Below, one piece after another: positions 27,194 to 44,395 of a DNA stretch of 64,000 nt. The DNA lies in assembly GCA_964016885.1 (NCBI GenBank), contig OZ024745.1, positions 46,004,001 through 46,068,000 on the forward strand, in the 5' to 3' direction. Source of the DNA: Eledone cirrhosa. Lineage: Eukaryota. The position numbers and the translations under genes are program-made. Below the pieces are notes generated by a model that worked only from the letters and a program-made list of their open reading frames with translations, did not search any database and was not told where the DNA came from. How positions within the stretch are numbered: the first letter of the stretch is position 1; the number at the start of each line of letters is the position of its first letter.

Positions 27194-27455
27194 CCGTATT
27201 TCCCGGCGCCGAAGACGCTTCGTCCTCGACGATGCACCCCAATTTTGACAACCAAAAATTTGGGGAAAAAAAATAATTGTTTCTACTTTTTGGCACAAGG
27301 CCAGCGATTACCCAGTACATTACTGGTACTTTATTTTATCGACCCCGTAAGGATGAAAGGCAAAGTTAACCTCGGCGGGATTTGAGTACGCATGGTAGAT
27401 TTTTTTTAGACATATTTTAGGAAAAAAGTAGCGTCTTCGACGCCGGGACATACGG
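27194..27455. mobile_element. pogo/Tigger-type MITE containing a SINE fragment (~27273-27385, minus strand)
   Basis: TA|ccgtatttcccggcgccgaagacgct ... agcgtcttcgacgccgggacatacgg|TA. Confidence 0.8.
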
Positions 27456-27636
27456 TATCTTTTTTCTTGCTATGTACTTCATAGAAAATATACTTTAGTA
27501 TTGTGCCCAAATAAAATTTTGTATAAATAAAGCCTTGCAAAATACAGATTTTAGCCTGTATAAAACATATTTGAGCTGGTTTATGGTATAATATGATTGA
27601 AATAATGTTTATTTTAATCCACTTTTATAATGTTAT

Positions 27637-28027
27637 TAGCTCCATATTTCCATACTGTGTCACTGATGCCCTCCAGTTCTATAGTGTGTCACTCTAGCTC
27701 CGCAGTGCCATAGTGCGGCACCCTAGCTTCAAATTGCCATATTTTCCCTCACTATCTCCCCTCATTGCCATAGGTGGGGTCACCCTAACTTCATATTTCC
27801 ATACTATGTCACAAAAGCTCCCCAGTTCCATTGTGCTCCACTCTAGCTCCGCAGTGCCATAGTGCAACACCCTATCTCCGAAGTGCCGTATTTTGCCACC
27901 CTATCTACCCATTGCCATAGGGAGTCACCCTAGCTTCATATTTCCATACCGTGTCACTGAAGCTCTCCAGTTTCATAGTGTGCCTTCCTAGCCCCGCATT
28001 GCGGCACCCTATATTCAAAGTGCCATG
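27637..28027. repeat. Degenerate tandem repeat, ~150-bp period built from ~30-bp subunits
   Basis: catatttccatacYRtgtcac recurs at ~27643, 27792 and 27937. Confidence 0.8.
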
Positions 28028-28798
28028 TATTAATACAGAGATTAGTAAATTTCCCTTATAGATGTTCGATAGTCTTACTCGATTTTCTCTCTATCCATTA
28101 CAACATGATAACGCTGTTATACTATTATTTATCTAACGCTCACACAAAAAATCCCTATGGGTATACACTTCACAAGACTAAAAGTTCTAAAAATTCTATT
28201 TCACTCTATTTGCCCTTTATCTACTTGCAGCTGTTTTCTGCTTTCTTTCATTGCTTGTTTATATTCATTGTTTGCTAATATTCTTGCTATGAGTTGTGAC
28301 AAATTAAATATTCCTTCCATACTCCTGATTTATATAAGATTTAATTTTCACAAGTGAAGATCTATACTATGTGAATGATTATTAATTATAACAGATTGAT
28401 TCATTGTTTGCATGTATATATACACGTCTCTCGTCTGTATAAAAACAATTGTAGAGATTAAAGACAGATTTGATTTAAAAACCTTGGTTTCTTGAATTTA
28501 TATATATAAATATAGAAATGTAAAACGCAAAGTCTTAAGACACTCCCGACACACACACACATATATATATACATATATAACTGTTTGTCTTTTCATTTCT
28601 TACTGATTACTCTGTTGTACACTCTGGCTGATGGGGCTGTTGTGTTAATAATACAAACTTAATTATATCAGTGAGTGAGTGAGAAAATAACGAAGTCTGT
28701 GTCGATTATTTTTAACTAGTTTCATATACCTATTTATTTATTCATTTATTGTTTGGAGCTTTGTCTTTGTTTCTCTACAGAAGCATTCTGGGTGCTTT

Positions 28799-29420
28799 TA
28801 ATAATAATAATAATAATAATAATGAAATTATTGTGTACAGTGCTCAGGTGCACTACAACTCATCAAAGGTGCATGTATAGTACATAGAATAATGTACAAA
28901 TGTTAGGAAAATGAACAGTGTACGAGTCATGATATAATAATAATAACAATAAGGAAATATTGTGTACAGTGCCCAGGTGCACCACAACTCATCAAAAAAG
29001 TGCATGTACAGTACATAGGGCAATGCACAAACATCAGTAAAATGAACAGTGCACGAGTCATGATACACACATGTGTGCATGTGTATGGAAGGGGTACATC
29101 AGGTGTAGTTTTGGCGTATTTCGGGAAGCATGAGTGTCTTAAAGGATGCAGTGTCTCGGCAGCTAACAATTGACGCAGGCAGTTTGTTCCATGCTTCAGC
29201 AACTCTGAGCGTGAAAAAATGTCTACGAAAGTCATGGGAGCTGTGCTGTTTTCTGATCTTGTAGACATGTCCACGTGTGTTAGACACGTGGAGATCAAAG
29301 AGGCGCTCAGGGTTGCAATTGGCGAGATGGTTAAAAACTTTGTGGGTATTCACCAAGTCCATTGCCAGACGTCGGAGCTTCAATGAATCCATGCCCAAGG
29401 AAGCAAGGCGTTCAGAGTTG
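28799..29420 (-). mobile_element. 5'-truncated CR1-group LINE 3' end with a duplicated 3' UTR segment and (TTA)n tail
   Basis: LGMDSLKLRRLAMDL..TRGH..FFTLRVAEAWNKLP..SFK; tgtgtacagtgcYcaggtgcac occurs twice. Confidence 0.85.
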
Positions 29421-29919
29421 GTGAGTTCGGCTTTTCAATTTTGAATTACCGCCATCATGTTCCCTAAAAATGGTCAGGTCCGGTTTACCTCTGCTTTGGT
29501 GTGAAGTCACGTATCACTAAAGGTCTAGGTTTACTACTACACTCAGTAATGACCGTCACAACGTCGTACTATCTGGCTTAACGGATCTTTCCATTCGTGG
29601 GAGGATAACACCCGCCGAGGAAGAAAATCGAGTCAAGTTACGTAATCTCTCCTGATATTACCTAATATCTGTGAACGATGGTTCCAGTCGGACTATTGCT
29701 AATAGATCGGAATTGCAGAAAAAAAAATGCATGTTCCGGGAATTTGGATATATTATTATCCTACCCACACCAAGTCATTTTCTTACTGTTTAAAGAATGT
29801 GTACACTCTGGTTGATGGGTTTGTATTTTTAATAATACAAACTTAATTATATCATTGAGAAAGTGAGAAAACGGCCTAGGCAGTGTCGATTCTCTTTGAC
29901 TAGCTTAGTATACCTATAT

Positions 29920-30008
<89 letters not shown>

Positions 30009-30389
30009 AATATAGATTCAGCGAGAATCGCATTTCGGCGGGTAGGAAAGGCGAATCAGAAATGACACTGGCAAAGTGCTCAATAGTTAAAAACCAGAGC
30101 TAAACAATATGTTAAGAAGCCATACAAAACTGAAAAAGTGGTCAAGAAAGCATTAACCACCTAAGCCAAAAAGCAAATCAAGCTAAACAAAATAAATGAT
30201 AAAAAATAAATGATAAAACCAGACCTAGACCCCTTGGAATTGCTGTTAAAATCCAATGCAGGGTTTCTATGACACCTAAACCAAAGTACTGTCTGCTTAA
30301 AAATATAACCTTTAGGTGTAATGATCGAACAAGGAATATCACGTTATCAACAGGTATTTTGCTCCGTACCTTTGATATATATATATCTA

Positions 30390-30460
<71 letters not shown>

Positions 30461-30463
<3 letters not shown>

Positions 30464-30651
30464 AACAAGTAAGACCCCGACGGCTGAGCTCAAGCCGTTT
30501 CGACGGCTAATTCTGTACAGAATTAGCCGTCGAAACGGCTTGAGCTCAGCTGTCGGGGTCTTACTTGTTCCTATTACCCACTCTACTACCCTAAGTATTG
30601 AGTACTTTGGTGCGTTATGGTCCACCTGGTTCCTTACCACATTTCCTTCGT

Positions 30652-30655
<4 letters not shown>
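30461..30655 (+). mobile_element. Hairpin-headed element, copy 2, between (TA)n tracts
   Basis: Near-perfect palindrome ~30459-30574 centred on ctgt|acag; right arm GAAA-cggc-ttgagctca-gctg-TC-gggg. Confidence 0.8.
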
Positions 30656-30725
<70 letters not shown>

Positions 30726-30989
30726 ATATATATATATATCAAAGGTATATATTGAGTTAGGAACTTACAACAAAATAGCTCTAAGAAAGAGATATTTCCG
30801 AGCCCTATATTATAATTGAATATAAAAGAAAAACGAACACAGATATATAGATATATGTGTTGAAATCGTAAGGGACCAGATTCGCTAAGGTGAAAAGAAT
30901 ACTAACTATAGACAATTGGGTTTGCTTGTCTCAATTTAAGAAAAAATCAAGAAAATAAATACAAACAACCGGAATTGTGGTAACTACCG

Positions 30990-31067
30990 ATCACCCAGAC
31001 AACTTGGTGTTGTTTCGCAATGTTAATTGTGAATAGAATTACAAATTTATGCTCATCAGTGGGTGAT
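30990..31067 (-). ncRNA. Type I hammerhead ribozyme with fully formed stems
   Basis: rc: atcaccca-CTGATGA-gca...tgc-GAAA-caac-accaa-gttg-TC-tgggtgat. Confidence 0.88.
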
Positions 31068-31129
31068 AAATTAGTATCCTAGACACTTCTAAGTATATTA
31101 AGAAACTGAACAGTGTGCCATATATAATA

Positions 31130-31232
31130 ATAATTGTTTCTACTTTTGGCACAAGGCCAGCAATTACTCAATGCATTACTGGTACTTTATTCTACCGACC
31201 CCGGAAGGATGAAAGGCAAAGTTAACCTTGGC
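31130..31232 (-). mobile_element. 5'-truncated SINE
   Basis: aattgtttctacttttggcacaaggccagc..aaggcaaagttaacc. Confidence 0.8.
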
Positions 31233-31239
31233 GATATAC

Positions 31240-31362
<123 letters not shown>

Positions 31363-31470
31363 GGTAAGAGAGAAATAGAGTAAGCTAAACGAATGAGAGA
31401 TGTAGGGAGAGGGATAAGAGCAAAGTGAAAGAGAGGGAAAGAGGAGAAAATGCAAAAGAGAGAGAGAGAG

Positions 31471-31525
<55 letters not shown>

Positions 31526-31679
31526 AACTAAAGCAGATGGTGAAGTGGGATTAAGACGTTTATGTAAAGAAATCGTCTTGTTAAAGTGATGGATGCCTAT
31601 TGGCTAGGCGGTCGATAGCCCAACGGTCATAATTGCAGACTTTTATCAATGGTGCAATATCACACATCTTCACTGACAA

Positions 31680-34395
<2,716 letters not shown>

Positions 34396-34721
34396 AGTTA
34401 CTCTACCAGTAAAGGCAATGCTGGAACAATTGTGTTGTGACTCGGATAATTTGTGGCTTTTCTGTGGCAGGGAAGGAGGGGGGGGGGGGGGTACTAAGCA
34501 ATATCTATTAACTAGCTTCTTAAAGTTCCCCTTCTACAAACACCTCTACAATGGCTGCAAAGGATTTAATGAGTATAAAAAAATTGTGCACATCTATCCC
34601 TCTCTCTTTTTATCGATCGATCGATCACATTCTCTCTATCATTTCCTCCCTCTTCCTCTCTCTCTCTCTCTATTTATGCATATATGTGTTCACACTCTCA
34701 CACACCTCTGTGTGTATGTGT

Positions 34722-34794
<73 letters not shown>

Positions 34795-34927
34795 TAAGAC
34801 CCTACAACTATCTCAAGCGTTAAACTAATACACAATATCTGCATTTGCATCCTTCTGTGTTTTTTTCCCTTTTTCACTTTCCCTACATACGCACACGCAT
34901 ACACACACATACACACACACACACACA

Positions 34928-35058
34928 GTCCAGAATTAGCCGTCGAAACGGCTTGAGCTCAGCCGTCGGGGTCCTACTTGTTCCTATTACCCACTCTACT
35001 ACCCTAAGTATTGAGTGCGTTATGGTCCACCTGGTTCCTTACCACTTTTCCTTCGTTA
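34928..35058 (+). mobile_element. Hairpin-family element, copy 3, right arm only
   Basis: Starts at the loop (gtccagaattagccgtcGAAAcggc..gccgTCgggg) and shares the tail with 7256 and 30461. Confidence 0.8.
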
Positions 35059-35579
35059 TATATATATATATATATATATATGACGGAGAATAGGGACCAG
35101 AGGTATCTAGAGTGGCGCTCCAAAGAGTGGCCTCACCAGTTACGGGAGCAGGATATATATATATATGCGTAGAATGGTCTCTTTGATGTTGTCAAACCAG
35201 GATTTTCTTTATCTGCCTCTTCTTCACCCGCCCTCGACTGTGCTCCAAGGGATGGTTTATGGCTCTTCCAGCACATCTTTCTTTCTATCCTCCGGGGAAA
35301 TGCCTTCTCCATTCTGTCCGCCGGGGCTGTGGGGAGGTCAGCACGTGGGACCCCATTTGCTCACCATACAGAGAGATGGAGAGGGCGAGAGAGATGGAGG
35401 CGCTGACAGTGGGAGTTCGTCTCTTCCATGTTCAGACCATATCCTCGTGGTTGTGTTCATTATCTATAGAGTTCTGTCACAAGTTATGTATTGCCTACGT
35501 CTCCCTATTTCGACAAAAAGTTGTGGCGGGATACATAACCATACAAGGCAAGCTACCATCTTTTCTCTATCACAAGAAG

Positions 35580-36298
35580 TAATTCCTGTCTGCCAGCATA
35601 TTTGTTGACTTGCCGCCCGACAAAGCTGTTTGTTTTGTCTTCCGTGTATGGGATGTATAGCAACCTACTGAAGTACTTGTGTTTAAATTACTGGATTCTT
35701 CGTTCCATGCCAGCTGTGAGAGTTCAATTCTCATACCCATACAACAGGATCGAAGTCAACAAGGACTTGTATAGTTTGAGTTTCGTTAGAAAATTATGGA
35801 GTTGCTTTTCCATATGATATTCAGCCTTTCCATAGCAGAGGTGGCCAGGGTGGATCTTGTCAGTATCTCCATTGGTCAGAGTAGATCCTAGGTACTTGAA
35901 GGTGTCCACGTCTTCAAGTCTTCCTCTGTTCAACATTATGTTAGTTGCTGTATTCTGATTATTACTATTAACCAAAATCTTGCTATTTTCTGAGCAGATC
36001 TCCATTCCGTATACTTCTGATATTTTTTCCAGTTTTGTAGTGAACTCCTGGAGTTCTACCCCATTGCTTCTTAAGTTAAGAGGTCATTATCATCAACAAA
36101 TTGCAGGCTGGAAATGGGGCATCCTCCAACATAGGTGTGGACGTCATGGAGTGTCTCTTGCATTATGTTTTCTAGGAAGATGTTGTAAAGCACTGGAAAA
36201 AAGAGATATCCCTGACGAATTCTCACTGTTATCCTGAAGAATTCCTTGGTGTTGGAATCCAGGAGAACTGCATTGTCTGTGTTGTCATACAGTGCTTA
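35580..36298 (-). mobile_element. RTE-clade LINE RT/C-terminal relic
   Basis: YGMEICSENSKILVN..LEDVDTFKYLGSTL..KLKLYKSLLTSILLYGYE. Confidence 0.8.
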
Positions 36299-36536
36299 AA
36301 TGTATGTAAATATGAACGCTCATATGAGCACACTTAATTCGTTGGATCTTTACACGTGATTTTCACACTGGACTCTTACCTGGATTCTACGTGAAGTTCT
36401 AGATCTTTACACGGATTATACAACTTTTCACTGTTTTTTGCATTAAAAAGAATATCCCACGACTTACCACTACTTTTCTTCTCATTCCACACGTTCTTCC
36501 CGTCATTACCAAATACCCTCTCTTATCTCCTCCCCC

Positions 36537-36576
<40 letters not shown>

Positions 36577-38119
36577 TTCTTTCTCTCTCCTAGTCCATCT
36601 TCCGATGAAGGACTAGCCTCCGAAACGTTAAGACACCTTTCCACTTATGTAAAGCGTTAAACTAATACACCATCATTGCATTGTAAGATCCTCTTTGACA
36701 ACTCTTCTGCAAATTTGTGTGAAAAGACCGAAGGATTGGCTTCTGCTGCGCAGCGATAGTTTTGGCTCTGTTCAACAGACTCTCGGTGCATGTCAATAAT
36801 TTCCTGTGTACGCTTGCAGAGTGGATAGGGCGATCCTCAGACATTGTATTGAGGTTTCCCACTGTCCCATAGGCCTCAAAATTCTTCCTCCAGTTTTGTA
36901 TATTAACTTTGAAAGGAGATTTGTCCGTTCAAAAAAAATGCATGAAACTGCTCCTAGACATACTTGCAGGAGCCACACTTATAGTAGCGTTTCACATAGA
37001 AAATCTCGGGCTAGAGCTGCCAGATGTTTTATCTGCCATGTTCTAAAATTTAAGGTTGATCAGTTAAAAAATGAATATAGTGTCACAGAACGTGCGCAAG
37101 GCCAGTTAATTTTAAGTCATCCTGTGTATATATGTGTGTGTATATATGTGTGTGTGTGTGTAACATGACTTTTTTCACTCTCACAAAGTTATATTTCTGA
37201 TTTCCTGTATATATCCCTATTATTCCTTTTGTTATTGTTGACAGTTTCTTCGTTGTATCTTATCCAATGCAAGGACACGTCAGGATTGCGTGGCTCTATA
37301 ATCATGATGGCGGTTGTAGAATGACTTTTATATGCCCCAAATTTATATAATGCTTATTATCTTTGTTTCTATTGATTACATTAAAGAGTTTCGGGATGGC
37401 TGAAACAGAAAAAAAAACATGTTAATGCATCGTCAATTTGTTTATCATTTCTGTCGAAGATTCCTTCAGAGGTCAACTCTCAAATGATTCAACTCAAAGA
37501 TTTTACAATCATTTATATATTAAAGTCAGCGTATCAAGCAGACCAGATAAACTTTCCCTATATGAGTGAGTTATATGTAAGTATTTTCAACCGTTTTCGA
37601 TCATCTTCTGTGTAAATCTTGTTAAGACCATGTAGCATGAAAGTCACGACTATCAAACGAAGATAAAACACTAAACCATTAAACTGTACCAGAAACCATT
37701 TCCTTCATAATATATCAATGAAAATTCGGAATATTTATAGCTCACACTTCCATACTTCTTTCTCTCTTTCCTTCAGTTTCTATTCACAGACTTTCTAGTT
37801 TTTCTATATTTTCACATACTTGTAGATTTAAACAAATCTCTATCCACCCCACTCTCTCATTTCATTTCTTTGCTTCTGCTCTCTCACATCATTCAATATA
37901 TATGTATATATGTATGCATATAAATATGTATGTATTTATTTATATATACACACGCACACACGCACACACACACGCACACACACACATATATATATATATA
38001 GTAGTAATAATACAAACATAGACCAAAATCCAGAGAGGACTCGATACGGGTTGTATATATTAGGGTTGTATTATATGTATATATTAGGGTCACGGCAGCT
38101 AACATGGTTATATTTTAAT

Positions 38120-38310
38120 GGGCGGTGGATTGGAAGTATCGGTAGAGGGTCGGACGCCATGCTTTCCAGCATAGTTACGTCCCTTTACGATCTGAGTTCA
38201 AATCCCGCCGAGGTTGACTTTGCCTTTCATCCTTACGGGGTCGATAAAATAAAGTACCAGTAATGCACTGGGTAATTGCTGGCCTTGTGCCTAAAGTAGA
38301 AACAATTATA
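38120..38310 (+). mobile_element. Near full-length tRNA-derived SINE
   Basis: ggcggtggattgg..tcggtagag (A-box region), gagttcaaatccc (B box), tail ggccttgtgcctaaagtagaaacaatt. Confidence 0.88.
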
Positions 38311-38859
38311 TGTATATATGTATATAGCAATAGGTAATTTTCCGAAAGTTAAAATCCCACCGCCTAGGCGACCCTCAAACGCCTTGAATTTGGAACATAG
38401 AATACGCAACGATTAATTCTGTTCAAAAGCGGTATACTGTTCCCTATCTCCACCATTTTCTTTTTTCTTCTTAGAGAAATTTATGTTGACACATCCAGGT
38501 AACCCCAGCAAATGTATATATATACATATATATATGTATATATATATATATAACCACATACTGATATATGTATATATGCTCCTCTCCTCCTCAACATCCA
38601 CTTCCTCCCCTTCCTCTTCCTCCTCTACCTCACCTCTCCCCATCCTCCCCTCCCTCACCTTCCCGCCCTTCATCTCCTACCTCCATTTCCACCCCTTCCT
38701 CCCCTTGCCCCTGTATTCCCTCACTTCTTCCACTTTCTCCACTTCCCCCTCTACTCCCTCTCATCCACTTCCCCCTCTACTCCCTCTTCCCCCTTTCTCT
38801 CCTCCTCCTTCCTCCTTCCTCCTGCCCCCTCCCCTTTCCTCTCCTTCCTCTCCTTTTCT

Positions 38860-39416
38860 CCTTGCTCTCCTTTTATCCTTGCTCTCCTTTTATCGTTTCT
38901 CTTCTTTTATCGTTGCTCTTCTTGCTTATTTATCCTTGCTCTCCTTGCTCTCCATTTATCCTTGCTCTCCTTGCTCTCCATTTATCCTTGCTCTCCTTGC
39001 TTTCCTTTTCTCCTTGCTCTCCTTTTCTCATTGCTCTCCTTGCTCTTCATTTCCCCTTGCTCTCCTTTTATCCTTGCTCTCCTTTTCTCATTGCTCTCCT
39101 TTTCCCCTTGCTCTCCTTGCTCTCCTTTTATCCTTGCTCTCCTTTTTTCCTTGCTCTCCTTTTCTCATTGCTCTCCTTTCTCTCTTTTTCTCATTGCTCC
39201 CCTTGCTCTCCTTTTATCCTTTCTCTCCTTGCATCCTTGCTCTCCTTGCTCTCCTTTTCTCATTGTTTTTCTTGCTCTCATTTTCTTGTTGCTCTCATTG
39301 CTCTCTTTTTCTCATTGTTCTCCCTGCTCTCCTTTTATCCTTGCTCTCCTTTTCTCATTGCTCTCCTTTTCTCCTTGCTCTCCTAGTTCTCCTTTTCTCA
39401 TTCCTCTCCTTGCTCT

Positions 39417-39420
<4 letters not shown>
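38860..39420. repeat. Degenerate ttgctctcct-based minisatellite
   Basis: Direct reading. Confidence 0.9.
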
Positions 39421-39494
<74 letters not shown>

Positions 39495-39653
39495 TAAGCG
39501 ATACTCTGACCAACTCCATTTCACTCAACAAACATTAGGATATACCTAAGTATTTTCCCAATATAGTGTTTGAGGTGCTAACTAATCTGTATTTCGTGGA
39601 TACCTGGCTGTATTGTTTTATATGAGACATAATTAAATAAATATCTCTTTCCT

Positions 39654-39777
39654 TCCAGACGATCGTTTCGTTATAAGATTTCTACAATTTGGGATAAATA
39701 ATTTCCAGGTTATGTAGAAACTTGTATATAATCCATAGTTTTATACACAAGCGCCCTCTTATAAACTCATCAGTGGA
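39654..39777 (-). ncRNA. Type I hammerhead ribozyme with a long stem II insertion
   Basis: rc: tcca-CTGATGA-gtttataag...cttataac-GAAA-cgatcg-TC-tgga. Confidence 0.75.
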
Positions 39778-40229
39778 TGCCCAAATAATATCGATATAAA
39801 AATTACATCGACATTAATAGATTAGTGATGGTCTCCTTCAGCGCTAAAAAGAGACTGGTAGATTCGACTGGTAAATTCTCTCAAAGATAAAATACACGCT
39901 GCCCCCATGAGGGTAAGGGGAGGTCATCTTAAAATATAAAACAATATACACGCTGGTCATTTAAACCTGTTAGGTATTATAACCACGTGTTTAAAAACTC
40001 AATTGGATATTAAAAGAATAACTTTATGTATACACAATCAATGCACACATCGAGATATTAAAACATAATAAATACATGTATGGACCACCCATATACACAC
40101 ATAGTTATTCCCTAAGGCTAAATCAGACATGGGATATAATGAAGATCAATCAGTATTTTATATAAAAAATAATAATAATAAAGAGAGTCATACCTTATAT
40201 CTGGAAATCATATCCGGCCACCAAGAGTA

Positions 40230-40285
<56 letters not shown>

Positions 40286-40547
40286 GGAAAAAATGAAACG
40301 AAATTTCATTTCCCACTCTTAGTACGGCTGTTACTTAAATATAAGTATGTACACGTACATACATATATGTATACAGACGTACAGTAGTATGTATACATAT
40401 ATACATACATGCACACATATATATATGTACGTATGGATTCACCGAACATTTATTATAATGCTCGGTGTGTTTGTAAACAAACATCCCGTATTAAGCCGTA
40501 GTGTCTAGCAACCATCGTTGCTCGTTTGTTCAACACTGACAAAGGAA

Positions 40548-40588
40548 CGTTGTACTAGTTTCAAGCTTATTAGCTATCGTCAGCAACG
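40548..40588 (-). ncRNA. Minimal type I hammerhead (left arm)
   Basis: rc: cgttg-CTGACGA-t-agct-aata-agct-t-GAAA-ctag-TA-caacg. Confidence 0.85.
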
Positions 40589-40809
40589 TATACCTTCCTG
40601 CCAGAGTGTTGAACGCCTGAAAGTATATACTTTCCTTATGCATATTAACAGCTGAGTAGCCCAATTTGCATATCGCGTGGGTTAATCGGCCGGGTGCACC
40701 GAAAACGATAAACGGACCCACTCGATATGCAAATTGGGCTACTCAGCTGTTAATATGCATAAGGAAAGTATATACTTTCAGGCGTTCAACAATCTGGCAG
40801 GAAGGTATA

Positions 40810-40850
40810 CGTTGCTGACGATAGCTAATAAGCTTGAAACTAGTACAGCG
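40810..40850 (+). ncRNA. Minimal type I hammerhead (right arm)
   Basis: cgttg-CTGACGA-tagctaataagctt-GAAA-ctag-TA-cagcg. Confidence 0.85.
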
Positions 40851-41054
40851 TTCGTTTGTCAGTGTTGAACAAACGAGCAACGATGGTTGCTAGACACTAC
40901 GGCTTAATACGGGATGTTTGTTTACAAACACACCGAGCATTATAATAAATGTTCGGTGAATCCATACGTACATATATATATATGTGTGCATGTATGTATA
41001 TATATATACATACTACTGTACGTCTGTATACATATATGTATGTACGTGTACATA

Positions 41055-41097
<43 letters not shown>

Positions 41098-41100
<3 letters not shown>

Positions 41101-41352
41101 ATCGAAAGATGGTTAAAAGAGTTCCAAGTATTTTATTATGCGCGTTTCAAAAACAAATATCATCATGGGATGATATCTGCGTTTTCATCAGATAAAATAG
41201 GGATACATGATATGAAGCTTAAAAACACTTGTGAATAGTGAAGTTTTAAATCAACATATGATGAAAACGCAGATATCATCACATGATGATATTTGTTTTT
41301 GAAATGCGCATAATAAAATACTTGGAACTCTTTTAACCATCTTTCGATCTTA
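41098..41352. mobile_element. Inverted repeat (~93-bp arms) with a degenerate hammerhead-like motif
   Basis: aagatcgaaagatgg... / ...ccatctttcgatctt; rc of left arm CTGATGA-aaac..gtttt-t-GAAA-cgcg-CA (U16.1 replaced by C). Confidence 0.75.
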
Positions 41353-41371
41353 TATTATTTATACTCCAGTC

Positions 41372-41497
41372 ATTGCCATTCTGAGTTCAAATCCGCCGAG
41401 GTTAACTTTGCCTTTCATCCTTTCGGGGTCGATAAAATAAAGTACCAGTAATACACTGGGTTAATTGCTGGCCTTGTGCCAAAAGTAGAAACAATTA
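41372..41497 (+). mobile_element. 5'-truncated SINE with target-site duplication
   Basis: tttatactccagtc at 41358-41371 and 41498-41511. Confidence 0.88.
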
Positions 41498-41586
41498 TTT
41501 ATACTCCAGTCCTACAAACTGTAGAGTGCCACTTATCCGATATTTGCATTGCTTTATTGTGCTACAATAAAACTCACCTCCTACAC

Positions 41587-41665
<79 letters not shown>

Positions 41666-41877
41666 GTATATATATATATATACTCTCCTTACTATCCTTG
41701 CTTTCATATTTCTCCTTGCTCCGCATTTCTCATTGTATTTATATATAAACAAGTACATAGATACAAGGAGAAAGGGAGAGCAAGGAGGATAAAAAGAGGG
41801 CAATGAGAGCAATGATAAAAGGAGAGGAAGGAGAGGAAGGAGAAAAAGAGAGTAAGGATCGCAATATGGGCCACTCT

Positions 41878-42900
<1,023 letters not shown>

Positions 42901-42939
42901 TGAAATATAAGAATCAAAGAACTGTTCAAAACATTATTG

Positions 42940-42986
42940 TGCTTACAGCTGTTTCCTCCAAACCGAGGTTTGGATTCTTCGGAGCA
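42940..42986 (-). ncRNA. Hammerhead, U4C variant (left arm)
   Basis: Reverse complement of 43534-43580. Confidence 0.7.
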
Positions 42987-43533
42987 ATTTATTAATGCAT
43001 GGACAGTTATATGACCTCCTTTTCAGCCGAGAGACATACCAATACATATTCAAACATTGATACATATTCAAACATTGTGGGTCAACATTCATTACAAAAT
43101 TTAGAGTGGCAGTACACACTTCGAGATTACATTTATATTAATAGGTACAATCAAAAATCAAAGATATAGGTTAAAGTACAACATATAAAGACTTTGCCAC
43201 CAGATCTACCAACCTAACACTCTTATTTACCTACCTAAGTGCCTCTACCACACATATCTCTCTGCCACACTATATAAACAAGACGCACATGCGTGCCACA
43301 CATATAACATTTGCACTATATAACCACTTATCTTCATGTTGTACTTTAACCTATATCTTTGATTTTTGATTGTACCTATTAATATAAATGTAATCTCGAA
43401 GTGTGTACTGCCACTCTAAATTTTGTAATGAATGTTGACCCACAATGTTTGAATATGTATCAATGTTTGAATATGTATTGGTATGTCTCTCGGCTGAAAA
43501 GGAGGTCATATAACTGTCCATGCATTAATAAAT

Positions 43534-43580
43534 TGCTCCGAAGAATCCAAACCTCGGTTTGGAGGAAACAGCTGTAAGCA
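43534..43580 (+). ncRNA. Hammerhead, U4C variant (right arm)
   Basis: tgct-CCGAAGA-a-tccaaac-ctcg-gtttgga-g-GAAA-cagctg-TA-agca. Confidence 0.7.
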
Positions 43581-43802
43581 CAATAATGTTTTGAACAGTT
43601 CTTTGATTCTTATATTTCATATAACTGCTCTGTAAATCATCTGATGTTTTTACATTGAGCTACTTAACTTACTGGTAATAAGGTAGTAATACATTACTGC
43701 CTACCACTATTTAGGGTGTGTGTAAAATACTTACAACTGCTTAAGGTTTTGTGTTTACATAACCATAAATAGTATAACTAATACTATATATATATATATA
43801 TA

Positions 43803-43997
<195 letters not shown>

Positions 43998-44315
43998 AAA
44001 GTTTGTCCTTCATCAGTGATCTTCCAACTATCATAGGCATTTCATCGCTTTAAAGACCATATACCTCCGGTTGGTGCGAGCAACGGCTAAAAAAAGTCGT
44101 TGGGACACGTAAATAAAGGGGACACGAGGGTAAACAAACAAAATGATGAAGCAACAGAAAGTGAGGAAGAAGGAGACAAGTCCCAGATTTCTATGAATTT
44201 AAGTTCGGTGAAATCGTGAACGAGAGAATAAAGACCATCAAACCTGGTTGAAATGTGAGCAAGGCAGGAATTTCGCACAGGTCTAACGGGAGGAATATAT
44301 ATATATATATATATA

Positions 44316-44395
<80 letters not shown>

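Larger units (their letters stand above)
40339..41061. mobile_element. Inverted repeat (~345-bp arms, ~33-nt spacer) flanked by (TA)n; Penelope pLTR-like
   Basis: Arms are near-perfect reverse complements and each carries a hammerhead. Confidence 0.88.
42901..43790. mobile_element. Inverted repeat (42901-43184 versus 43336-43620) plus a 3' extension, between (TA)n tracts
   Basis: ~285-bp arms; a hammerhead in each arm. Confidence 0.88.
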
